Source of the DNA: Candidatus Latescibacterota bacterium
GTDB taxonomy: Bacteria; Latescibacterota; UBA2968; UBA8231
Reading direction: 5' to 3'
Assembly (NCBI GenBank): GCA_963422735.1
Contig: OY730476.1
Coordinates: 4,384,001-4,448,000 of the forward strand
DNA: 64,000 bases
Shown here: piece by piece, positions 28,568-37,339 of the stretch
How the letters are laid out: every line of letters starts with the position of its first letter
How positions within the stretch are numbered: position 1 is the first letter of the stretch
Notes under the pieces: model-generated
Told to the model about the DNA's origin: nothing
Seen by the model: only the letters and a program-made list of their open reading frames with translations
Database searches by the model: none
Program-made: the position numbers and the translations under genes

Positions 28568-30880
28568 GTGAATCCATTGAGAGCGATCATAACTTTAATT
28601 ATGGCGGTGGCTGTAATGGCCGGCCTACACAGCACGTCATGGGCGCAGACCCAGCTACCTCAACGCACTAGTACCCTCAGTGGGTTCGTCCGCGATAGCA
28701 GCGACGGCGAGCACTTGCCCAATGCCGCGGTCGCCATCGCTGTTGAAAACCGAGCAATGGGTGCGCTGAGCAACGCCGAAGGCTATTACGCCATCCCGGA
28801 TATCCCGGCGGGGACTTGGGTCGTTATTGCGTCCTACATTGGTTACACAACCCACCGCGACACGCTGGCACTGACCGCTGGCCAAGCCCTGAGCTGGGAT
28901 ATCGAACTGGAGCGGCAAGTGCTGGAGATGGGGGAGGTCGTCGTGGAGGCCGAGGCGACCGAGACGGAGAGCGAAGTGAACCAGCGGCCGAGCGTGATTG
29001 CCCTGCAAGTAACGGACTTACAACAGATGGCGGCCATGGCCGAGCCGGATCTGCTGCGCAGTTTGCAACTGCTGCCGGGCGTGCAATCGGCATCGGATTT
29101 TAGCAGTGGACTCTACGTGCGCGGCGGCGGCCCCGACCAAACCGGCATCTTGCTCGATCAGATTCGGCTCTACAACCCGTCGCACGCCTTCGGCTTCTTC
29201 TCCACCTTCAACCCGGACGCTATCAAGGATGTCACTTTCTACAAGGGGGCCTATCCGGCCCAATACGGCGGCAGCCTGAGTGCCATCCTCGATGTACAAA
29301 ACCGCGATGGCAACCGCCGGAACTTTAGCACCAGCGGCGGCATTAGCCTGATCTCTAGCCGGCTTATGAGCGAGGGCCCTCTCGACCAAGGCTCTTGGAT
29401 GGTGGCCGGTCGGCGCACGTATATTGATCCGGTACTTAGGGCGGTGCGGCGGAGCACCGACGAACTCGATGGCCTCGGCTACTGGTTTTACGATGTCAAC
29501 GCCAAGGTGAACACCCAGCTTGGTCCCAACGACAACATCATGCTCAGCGCGTACGGGGGCAACGATCATCTCGACATCAGCGTGAGCGATAACAGCACCT
29601 ATAGCGACAGCACCAACACCTTTTCCTTTGGCAATAGCTGGGGCAACGAGGCGCTGACCGGGCGCTGGACGCATGTGTTTTCGCCGGTGCTCTTCGGGCG
29701 CATGATCGCCCTGTATTCCAACTATCAAAGCGACATCACCCTCGATTTTTTTGGTACGCCTATCGCGGTACGCAATCGCGTACGGGATGTCTCTGTCAAG
29801 GCAGACCTCGACTACTTCGCCGCGGCCGATCACACCCTGCGCACTGGGGCTGGCCTTACATTCTTCCGCTTTGATTACGGGGTCCGCTTTGATCAGTACA
29901 AATACGATCAGGCCCTCAGGCCCTATCTCTTGTCGGCCTATATCCAAGACGACTGGCAAATGACGCCGCTGACCGAGGCCAATCTGGGCCTGCGCGGAAC
30001 CTATTACGAAGAGGGCGGGCACCTGTCGCTCAACCCGCGCTTTTCGCTGAGTCGCGTGCTGCAAGAAGGCTGGCGCGTCAAGCTGGCCGGGGGCAGCTAT
30101 CGACAATACTTGCAACTGGTGTCGTCGGAGGGCTTCAGCGGCGGCGACCTGTGGCTTCCCCTCGACGAAACGGTAGAACCCGGGCACTCCTATCAGGCGG
30201 TTTCGGGTTTGGAGTGGGAGCCTTCCAACAGCTATCGGTTCAGCCTCGAGACCTACTATACAGACTTGACCAACCTCGTCGTCTTCGACGAGGAGCGGGA
30301 GCAAAACGATGAGCAGGAAACCTCCGAGGACGTGTTCAAAACCGGCGGTACCGGCTATGCTACCGGGGTGGAGCTATTTGTTGAAAAGCGCCGCGGGCGT
30401 CTCAGCGGCTGGCTGGGCTACACCCTCGGATGGACGCGGCGGATGTTCCCTGATATTGATGGCGGCCGGACCTTTCCGCCCAAATACGACCGACGCCACG
30501 ATGTGTCGTTGACGGCGACCTATCGCTTGGCCCGCTGGACTTGGACCGCCAATTTCGCGTACGGCACCGGCCAGGCCTACACGCAGGCCGCGGCCCGCTA
30601 CACCCTGCGCGACCCGGCCTCTGACCGCCCCGTTGACCGACTGCTGGCGGCGCGGCGCAACACCGCCCGGCTGCTGCCCTACCACCGCTTGGATATCGGA
30701 ATGCGGCGCACATTCGGGCTGTTTGGCGCGGATGTCGATTTCTATCTGCAGATTTTCAACGCCTACAGCCGCCGCAACGAATGGTTCGTCCAGTACGATC
30801 CCAACGATTCTACCGAGCAACCGATTGTAGTTAAGATGCTGCCCATCGTGCCGACCTTCGGCTTTGACTTCAGGTTTTAA
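28568..30880 (+). CDS. TonB-dependent receptor with carboxypeptidase-regulatory-like N-domain
   Basis: LSGFVRD..SYIGY; plug LQLLPGV..LYVRGGGPDQ..YKGAYPAQYGG; YHRLD; terminal FRF. Confidence 0.92.
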   Translation: MNPLRAIITLIMAVAVMAGLHSTSWAQTQLPQRTSTLSGFVRDSSDGEHLPNAAVAIAVENRAMGALSNAEGYYAIPDIPAGTWVVIASYIGYTTHRDTLALTAGQALSWDIELERQVLEMGEVVVEAEATETESEVNQRPSVIALQVTDLQQMAAMAEPDLLRSLQLLPGVQSASDFSSGLYVRGGGPDQTGILLDQIRLYNPSHAFGFFSTFNPDAIKDVTFYKGAYPAQYGGSLSAILDVQNRDGNRRNFSTSGGISLISSRLMSEGPLDQGSWMVAGRRTYIDPVLRAVRRSTDELDGLGYWFYDVNAKVNTQLGPNDNIMLSAYGGNDHLDISVSDNSTYSDSTNTFSFGNSWGNEALTGRWTHVFSPVLFGRMIALYSNYQSDITLDFFGTPIAVRNRVRDVSVKADLDYFAAADHTLRTGAGLTFFRFDYGVRFDQYKYDQALRPYLLSAYIQDDWQMTPLTEANLGLRGTYYEEGGHLSLNPRFSLSRVLQEGWRVKLAGGSYRQYLQLVSSEGFSGGDLWLPLDETVEPGHSYQAVSGLEWEPSNSYRFSLETYYTDLTNLVVFDEEREQNDEQETSEDVFKTGGTGYATGVELFVEKRRGRLSGWLGYTLGWTRRMFPDIDGGRTFPPKYDRRHDVSLTATYRLARWTWTANFAYGTGQAYTQAAARYTLRDPASDRPVDRLLAARRNTARLLPYHRLDIGMRRTFGLFGADVDFYLQIFNAYSRRNEWFVQYDPNDSTEQPIVVKMLPIVPTFGFDFRF

Positions 30881-30883
30881 GCC

Positions 30884-31831
30884 ATGTACCGCTACCTACT
30901 GCTGCTACCACTGCTGCCACTGCTGTCTTGCAGGGCCCCTGGGCCGCTGGCAGCCGACCGCGACCCCAACGAACTGTTTGGCCCCAGCGAGGCCAACCTC
31001 ATCGTCGTCGATGCCATTCTCATCGTCGATGCGCCGCTGCCGCCTGTCATCCTGCGGCGCACGGTCGCTCCCGGTAGTTCCTATTTGGCTGCGGCAACGG
31101 TGCTGGAGGGGGCCACGGTCTCCATCCACAGCGGCGACGCGGTGTTCAACTACCGCTCCGACCCGGCCGCGGCCGGCCGCTACCTGCCGCCGGACGACGC
31201 GCCGATGGTCGAACCCGAGCGCCTGTACGAGTTGCGCTTCAACACCGACGACTCTTTAGAAGTGCGCGCCCAGACCCAGACACCGGCGCGTATCCGCATC
31301 GACGAGTTGCGGCTCTTAGAAGACGACTTAGAGACCGAGCTGCAACGGCTCAGGCTGTTTTCCGAGATTGGCGACGGGGTCTATAAAGCCGCGGAAAACC
31401 AGTTGGAGTACGATAAGGGTGTGCTAGAAGCCCAATTTCACGCCGATGGTGTCGCTATATCCTACCAAGTACGCGCAGCCAACCTAGAGCGTTCCAGCCC
31501 GCTGTTGGTTGACGACGACTGGATTGAGGACCTCGAAGACGAAGACTTTGAGCTCGAACGCCTAGAGACCTCTCCCCTGCTGAATCTGGAAAGCGGCATA
31601 CTCTATCTGCCTTGGGACGGCATCTACTATGCCGGGCGCTATAAAATCAAGCTCTTTGCTGTCGATCAAAACTGGTTCGACTTGGTCCGCACCGACAATG
31701 TGGATGCGGAACGGGGCAGCGGCGAGGCCGGCCAGAGCTTTCAACGGCCGCTTTTCCACGTCGAGAACGGGATCGGCCTGTTTGCTTCCGCCGCAGTGGA
31801 CTCCTTCGGCTTCTCTGTCCGAGCGCATTAG
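30884..31831 (+). CDS. DUF4249-like lipoprotein partner of the TonB-dependent receptor
   Basis: Lipobox LLSC, LIVVDAIL, C-terminal HVENGIGLFAS; directly downstream of the receptor. Confidence 0.72.
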   Translation: MYRYLLLLPLLPLLSCRAPGPLAADRDPNELFGPSEANLIVVDAILIVDAPLPPVILRRTVAPGSSYLAAATVLEGATVSIHSGDAVFNYRSDPAAAGRYLPPDDAPMVEPERLYELRFNTDDSLEVRAQTQTPARIRIDELRLLEDDLETELQRLRLFSEIGDGVYKAAENQLEYDKGVLEAQFHADGVAISYQVRAANLERSSPLLVDDDWIEDLEDEDFELERLETSPLLNLESGILYLPWDGIYYAGRYKIKLFAVDQNWFDLVRTDNVDAERGSGEAGQSFQRPLFHVENGIGLFASAAVDSFGFSVRAH

Positions 31832-31832
31832 T

Positions 31833-31880
31833 TCAAGGTCGAACCACGCGGCCGTCGGCCCGGCGATCCTCGGCCGCATA
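31833..31880 (-). pseudogene. Orphan diverged copy of the 3' end of the enolase gene 34230..35438
   Basis: YAAEDRRADGRVVRP* vs YAAEDRRADGSVVRP*; 41/48 nt identical with a 24-nt identical core. Confidence 0.9.
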
Positions 31881-31936
31881 ACGCCCAATTTTGGGACAAG
31901 CCGCCCACAATGGGGCGCGATTCAGGGAGAAAGATA

Positions 31937-32449
31937 ATGACACGCTCTACTTCTTGTCTGATCTGTATTTTTTTGAGTGCAACCTTCAGTTTCTCGGCTC
32001 AGGCGCAAGCAACTGACCTCAGCAAAAGTTTCGGTATTGGAGTTCAGGGAACTACACCTGCATTTGGTGGAATTAGTTTTCGCTATACCGGACTGGCGCC
32101 CGTATATCTGCAAGCCGTTGGACGTTTTATTCTCAGGGATCAGGATAGCGACCACATGTTAGGTGCTGGTATTTCATATGCTATATTCGAGCACCAAAAC
32201 AAACAGAACATAGCCCGACTTTACTTCACCTTAGAAGGTGGCTGGCGATATAAAGAAAAGCAGAATCTCCGTACCACAACGCTAGGAGCTGGACTCGCTT
32301 TTGGAGGCGAGCTGGTGTTTTCACTTGGGGGAATTCCACTCGGCTTAAACGTGGAAATCGGTCAAGGGTTTGGCAGAGAAAAAGCCAGGTCTCAATCTAA
32401 GGGTCTTGCTGGCGTTTACGTAGGATCGGGCATACATGCCTATTTTTAA
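31937..32449 (+). CDS. Putative small outer-membrane beta-barrel protein
   Basis: Signal peptide ending AQA, alternating amphipathic strands, terminal aromatic GIHAYF; AT-richer than flanks. Confidence 0.65.
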   Translation: MTRSTSCLICIFLSATFSFSAQAQATDLSKSFGIGVQGTTPAFGGISFRYTGLAPVYLQAVGRFILRDQDSDHMLGAGISYAIFEHQNKQNIARLYFTLEGGWRYKEKQNLRTTTLGAGLAFGGELVFSLGGIPLGLNVEIGQGFGREKARSQSKGLAGVYVGSGIHAYF

Positions 32450-34067
32450 CTCTCTTTCGCAGTGCCTGTTCTCCATGCTGGTTTTTGGAGTATGCCTATC
32501 GAGCTTCGCGATGCCTGCCGCCGCGGAATTCACTTTCGAGCAGTACGAGGTCGTCACCAGCTCGGCGAAACGCCAGACCGTTTTGACGGGATTTCTTCTC
32601 GGTGGCGCTAGCGCGGAATTGGCCGTGGTGAGCATCGACGACAACGGCGACCGCCGCTTGCGCATCTACGCGTTCGGCGACGGCACCTCGGTGCCGATAC
32701 TCGACGCAACGCTGCGTCCCGAAGTGTTGTTTGTCGATGTGGCCAATATCGGCGGACGCGACCGCCTGATTGCGTACGAGCCCGATCGTCTGAACTGGTT
32801 CGAGCCCGAATCGGCGACGGAACATGCGCTGGTGGCGGTGACTTCCAACTTCGACCCGCCTCGCAGAGACGAAATCCCCCACGTAGACGTCACTCGGGAC
32901 GTGAACGCCGACGACCACGACGATCTGGTGGTGCCGGACGTCGATGGCTTCTGGGTGTTCATCCAGGGGAACGACGGCACGTTCGCGGATCCGGTGCAGC
33001 TCGGGCCCCCCACCGACATGAGTGGGATCTACGGAGCCGACGGATATCGGTACGACCCTTGGTCTCAGGGCCGTGTCCACCAGATGGACTACAACCGAGA
33101 TGGTCGCAGCGACCTAGTGTTCTGGAACGAGGACCACTTTGAGGTTCACACCCAAGACGAGCGTGGGCTGTTTGCCCCGGTGGCCAAGATCTTCACTACC
33201 GATGTGGCATTCGACTCCGACGATCTCTCCTCGCTTGCCGCGGGAGACATGCAGGGGAAGGTACTGCACTCGTTAGCCGACCTGAACGGCGATGGCGTCG
33301 CCGACTTGGTGGTTGTCTCGTTAGAGGGCAGGAGCATTTCCGAAAAAAGTTCCGCCTACGAGGTACATTTCGGCGCGCCAACGCCCGATGGTGGCACCAT
33401 GTTCGCACGGAGCGTCGACATCGCGTTCCAGTCGGACGACAGGATCCAGCTCGGGATGGACCGGCACGACTTCGATCGCGACGGCCAGGTCGACTTGATG
33501 CTCACAACCATCGAACTCAAGTTCCTCAAGGGCAGCCTTTGGAAGACCATCAAAGGGTTCATGGGCGATGACATCCGGTTGGCTCTCGAGTTCTACCGCG
33601 AGGAGAGGGGGCACTACCCCGACACACCAAACGCCATCCGCACCATCGCGCTGGACGGTGTGCCCAGCCATCGCGAGCCGGGGTCGGTGTCCTTGGACAT
33701 CGTGCTTCGAGGGGCGACGCACGAACGCCGAAAGACACAAAAGAGTTGGCCGCGCGCGTTCAACTCGACCTTACTCATCGGGGATGTGACAGGCGACGGC
33801 CGCTCAGATCTGATCATCGGGCAGCACCCTAGGCACTTGGCCGTCTTTGTCGGCGTACCGGGGCCGGGCCTGTTCTCCCGGCGGCCTCAAGACGTTGCGG
33901 TCGCCGTGCCCAACGACGAGGAATACACTTGGCTGGTGGATCTCAACCGGGACGGCAAGCAGGATATCCTCATGCACCACCCGTTTACTCTGCGAGATGC
34001 ACACGGGGCCCCGAAACGGCCGCCAGGAACCGAGCCGCACCAAGTGACAGTGCTGATCGCCCGCTGA
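32436..34067 (+). CDS. Secreted FG-GAP/VCBS repeat protein
   Basis: Six D-x-[ND]-x-D-x-x-x-D-[LI] repeats (DVNADDHDDL, DYNRDGRSDL, DLNGDGVADL, DFDRDGQVDL, DVTGDGRSDL, DLNRDGKQDI); start uncertain. Confidence 0.85.
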   Translation: MPIFNSLSQCLFSMLVFGVCLSSFAMPAAAEFTFEQYEVVTSSAKRQTVLTGFLLGGASAELAVVSIDDNGDRRLRIYAFGDGTSVPILDATLRPEVLFVDVANIGGRDRLIAYEPDRLNWFEPESATEHALVAVTSNFDPPRRDEIPHVDVTRDVNADDHDDLVVPDVDGFWVFIQGNDGTFADPVQLGPPTDMSGIYGADGYRYDPWSQGRVHQMDYNRDGRSDLVFWNEDHFEVHTQDERGLFAPVAKIFTTDVAFDSDDLSSLAAGDMQGKVLHSLADLNGDGVADLVVVSLEGRSISEKSSAYEVHFGAPTPDGGTMFARSVDIAFQSDDRIQLGMDRHDFDRDGQVDLMLTTIELKFLKGSLWKTIKGFMGDDIRLALEFYREERGHYPDTPNAIRTIALDGVPSHREPGSVSLDIVLRGATHERRKTQKSWPRAFNSTLLIGDVTGDGRSDLIIGQHPRHLAVFVGVPGPGLFSRRPQDVAVAVPNDEEYTWLVDLNRDGKQDILMHHPFTLRDAHGAPKRPPGTEPHQVTVLIAR

Positions 34068-34229
34068 GCAAAAGAGAACTTATTCACTGAAATCGAATAG
34101 AAAGCGACTCATGTACCTCCTCGAGTTTGTCGTGCCCGGTAGCCTTTTCGCAGCAGAGGAGAACGACCTTTTCGCCCAGACAGCGGTGGGTGGTTTATCC
34201 AGTTTCAACCAATCCACCAGGCCTCGACT

Positions 34230-35438
34230 CTAAGGCCGCACCACGCTGCCGTCGGCCCGGCGATCCTCGGCTGCGTAAAAGGCGCGCACCTGATCCCCGA
34301 CCAACAGCTTCTGCGCTTTCTCTTCGTCGATGTCGATCCCCAGCCCTGGCTGGTTGTTGGGATACATGTAGCCTCCTTCCATGGTCGCGTGCCCGGGAAA
34401 CGCCTTCAACTCTTCTGGGCTGAAACCATTCTCCTCCTGAATCCCAAAGCTGTAGCTCGTCATATCGAGGTGCATGGCCGCCGCTTGGTTGACCGGATCG
34501 TTGTCCCCGCCCTCCTGCCAAGCCGTCTGCACGCCGTAAAACTCGCAGAGCGCGGCGATTTTGCGGCAGGGGGTGATGCCGCCGCCTTTGGCCACTCGCA
34601 CGCGGACGTAGTCGATGAGGCGCTCGCTGATCAGGGGCAGGTATTCGTGGACATTGACGAATAGCTCGCCCATGGCCTGCGGAGTGGTGCATTGCTGGCG
34701 CATGAGCCGGTACCAGCCGATCTGCTCTGGCGCGAGCGCGTCTTCAAGGAAAAACAGCCGATAAGGTTCCAGCCGCTTGGCCAGTGCCACCGCGATTTGG
34801 GGTTTGAGATGCTCGTGGACGTCGTGGGTGAGCTTGGGGCCAAAACCGAGCTTGTTGCGCAAGTACTCGAACATCGCGGGAATAGCCTCTAGATAGGCTT
34901 CGTCGTCAAAGGCCGGTGTCGTCGACCAAGCGTTGCGCGGCTTGATCGCATTTTCCACGAACCCGCCGCCGCCATAGCCACCGAGTTGACAGCGGATTAC
35001 CGGCCAGCCTTCGTCGATATAGTGCTGTACGTCATCGGCGAGTGCCGCGTGGTCGCCGCCGCCAGCGTGGGCATAGCAGGGGACCGCCGCGCGGCAGGCT
35101 CCGCCTAGCAGCTCGTACACCGGCATCCCGGCCTCCTTGCCCTTGATGTCCCATAGGGCCATGTCAATGCCACCCAGCGCGGCGTTGAGGATGGAGCCGC
35201 TGCGCCAGTAGCCGCTGTTGTACACGCATTGCCAGATGTCTTCGATGCGGCTGGCCTCGCGGCCAATCAGCAGCGGCCCCAAGCTCTCTTCGAGGGCCGT
35301 GGCGACGGTGGCGGCGTGGTTGTGCTCGCTGGCCGAGCCGATGCCGTAGAGGCCGGGCTGGTCGGTGATGATTTTGACGATGACCCAGGTGCCGTTCTGG
35401 CGGGTGCGGATGCAGCGGACTTCCTTGATTTTGGCCAT
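34230..35438 (-). CDS. Enolase-superfamily dehydratase (RspA/mannonate dehydratase-like)
   Basis: SGYWRSG, IDMALWDIKGK, HDVHE, FFLED, MGEL and DRRADGSVVRP motifs. Confidence 0.9.
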   Translation of the reverse strand: MAKIKEVRCIRTRQNGTWVIVKIITDQPGLYGIGSASEHNHAATVATALEESLGPLLIGREASRIEDIWQCVYNSGYWRSGSILNAALGGIDMALWDIKGKEAGMPVYELLGGACRAAVPCYAHAGGGDHAALADDVQHYIDEGWPVIRCQLGGYGGGGFVENAIKPRNAWSTTPAFDDEAYLEAIPAMFEYLRNKLGFGPKLTHDVHEHLKPQIAVALAKRLEPYRLFFLEDALAPEQIGWYRLMRQQCTTPQAMGELFVNVHEYLPLISERLIDYVRVRVAKGGGITPCRKIAALCEFYGVQTAWQEGGDNDPVNQAAAMHLDMTSYSFGIQEENGFSPEELKAFPGHATMEGGYMYPNNQPGLGIDIDEEKAQKLLVGDQVRAFYAAEDRRADGSVVRP

Positions 35439-35557
35439 TGGCCTTCTCCTTGCGCGAGTTTGAGATTAGAGTACTCTATGGATCGGTTGCCGTCGCAGCG
35501 ACTGGGATAGGTAGTACCGAGCGTTAGAAACTAAAAATGACATCGGCAGACTACTGC

Positions 35558-35602
35558 ATCAACCACCTCGGCCCCGAGGTGGTGAAAGTGTTTTGCAAAT
35601 GA
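35558..35602 (+). pseudogene. Possible C-terminal remnant of a site-specific DNA methyltransferase
   Basis: INHLGPEVVKVFCK* resembles the VINHxGDEVxKVF tail of type III-like RM methyltransferases; its stop overlaps the DUF262 ATG (ATGA). Confidence 0.5.
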
Positions 35603-37278
35603 ACTTCAATACCACCAACAGCACGTTTCGCCAGTTGATGGGCAATGGGATGAGTTATCGCGTACCGCTGTTCCAACGCGACTATTCTTGGGCTCCCGAC
35701 GAATGGGATGACCTGTGGCAGGACCTTGTTGCGCTGTTCGGCGAGGACCCAGAACCCGCTCATTACATGGGTTATCTAGTACTGCAATCGGCGGACAACA
35801 GGGCGTTCGACATCATCGATGGACAGCAGCGCATGACCACGCTGAGTCTGCTGATGCTGGCGGCCGTGGCGCATCTGACGGACTTGGCCGCGCCGGCGGA
35901 CCCGGCGGACCCACAACATCGGCGCGCTGAGCAGTTGCGTAGCAATTATATCGGCTATTTGGACCCAGTGAGCCTAATGCCGCGCTCCAAACTGACGCTG
36001 AATCGGCACAATGATAGCTTTTACCAGAATTACCTAGTCCCCTTGGAGAGTCTGCCGCAAAGAGGATTGAACCCATCGGAACATCTCCTGCGCCGGGCGT
36101 TTCTCTGGTTCAGAGATCGCATCAAGGACCGAGCAGGGGACGACGGTGAGTCGGTGGCGCGCTTTGTCGATGTCGCGGTGGATAAGTTGTTTTTTACGAT
36201 CATCACCGTGACCGACGAATTAAATGCCTTCAAAGTGTTTGAGACCCTGAATGCTCGCGGCGTGCGCTTGTCTGCCACCGACTTGCTGAAGAATTACCTG
36301 TTTTCCGTTGTTTCGCATGATAATGCGCACGAATCGGATATCAACAACTTGGAGGACCGCTGGGAGAGTATAGTCGGGCTGCTGGGCAGTGAGAGCTTTC
36401 CCGAGTTTTTGCGGGTTTTCTGGAACAGCCGCAACAGGCTGGTGCGCAAGGCGGACTTGTTCAAAACCATGCGCAGTGCCATCGGCGATAGAGCCAGTGT
36501 GTTTCAATTGATCCGCAATATGGACAGGTACGCACGGGTATATTCGGCCCTGTGCCGCCCGGAAGATGGCTCTTGGGCAGCCGAGGAGCGCGCAAGTCTG
36601 GCCCAGCGTCAGCCTTTAGCATTATTGTTGGCGGCGTTTGAGCAATTCGAGGAACGCGACCGCGCCGGCTTTGGACGTTTCTTGCGGGCTATCGCGGTAG
36701 TATCGTTTCGGTATAACGTGATTTGTGGCCGCCAAAGCAACGAGCTGGAGGTTGCGTATAACCAGATTGCCCGCGAGCTATCGACAGGTGAAATTGTCAG
36801 CGCGAAAGCAGCAATTGCAAAGCTGCGGCCAGTCTATCCCAATGACGCGGAATTCAGGGCGGCGTTTGCAGGCAAGGCACTGAGAACAACCAGTTCCCGC
36901 AACAATAAAGTCGTGCGCTTTATACTATTTCGGCTCGAAGCGCAGTTGTCGAGGCAGCCCCTTGAATTCGAGAGCGCGAAGTATGGCATTGAACATGTGC
37001 TGCCAGAAAATCCAAGTGCCGACTGGCACCAGTTCAGCGATCAACAGCGGGAGGCTTTTACCTATCGTCTAGGTAAAATGACTCTCTTGACGACCGCAGA
37101 CAATAGCGATCTGGGCAACTCGGGATACGCCGCAAAGCGATTGAGTTACCAAAAGAGCGACTTCGCAATAACGCGCAAGCTGGCAGAAGAATTTGATGAT
37201 TGGACCGTGGAGAAGCTCCGCTCACACCAAATCTGGATGGCAAAGCAAGCCACGGGCATCTGGCGGGTCAGTTTCTGA
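35599..37278 (+). CDS. DUF262 + DUF1524 (GmrSD-like) protein, putative restriction/defence enzyme
   Basis: VPLFQRDYSW, IIDGQQR, FETLNARG; HNH-like EHVLP..RLGKMTLL. Confidence 0.9.
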   Translation: MNFNTTNSTFRQLMGNGMSYRVPLFQRDYSWAPDEWDDLWQDLVALFGEDPEPAHYMGYLVLQSADNRAFDIIDGQQRMTTLSLLMLAAVAHLTDLAAPADPADPQHRRAEQLRSNYIGYLDPVSLMPRSKLTLNRHNDSFYQNYLVPLESLPQRGLNPSEHLLRRAFLWFRDRIKDRAGDDGESVARFVDVAVDKLFFTIITVTDELNAFKVFETLNARGVRLSATDLLKNYLFSVVSHDNAHESDINNLEDRWESIVGLLGSESFPEFLRVFWNSRNRLVRKADLFKTMRSAIGDRASVFQLIRNMDRYARVYSALCRPEDGSWAAEERASLAQRQPLALLLAAFEQFEERDRAGFGRFLRAIAVVSFRYNVICGRQSNELEVAYNQIARELSTGEIVSAKAAIAKLRPVYPNDAEFRAAFAGKALRTTSSRNNKVVRFILFRLEAQLSRQPLEFESAKYGIEHVLPENPSADWHQFSDQQREAFTYRLGKMTLLTTADNSDLGNSGYAAKRLSYQKSDFAITRKLAEEFDDWTVEKLRSHQIWMAKQATGIWRVSF

Positions 37279-37339
37279 GCGAGCAAAATAAGCCCCATTG
37301 CGATGGGCGAAAAACCGCTTTTTACTGCGAGGATACTTA

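Noticed and set aside
29018-30304. 428-aa minus-strand ORF (and similar long antisense ORFs at 11459..12418, 21886..22878 and 38417..39250)
   Set aside because: Antisense shadows of well-supported GC-rich genes, with no recognisable motifs.
23302-34277. Integron cassette array as the explanation for the cassettes
   Set aside because: No intI, and I found no attC-like RYYYAAC..GTTRRRY palindromes at the cassette borders; the borders are coding-sequence duplicates instead.
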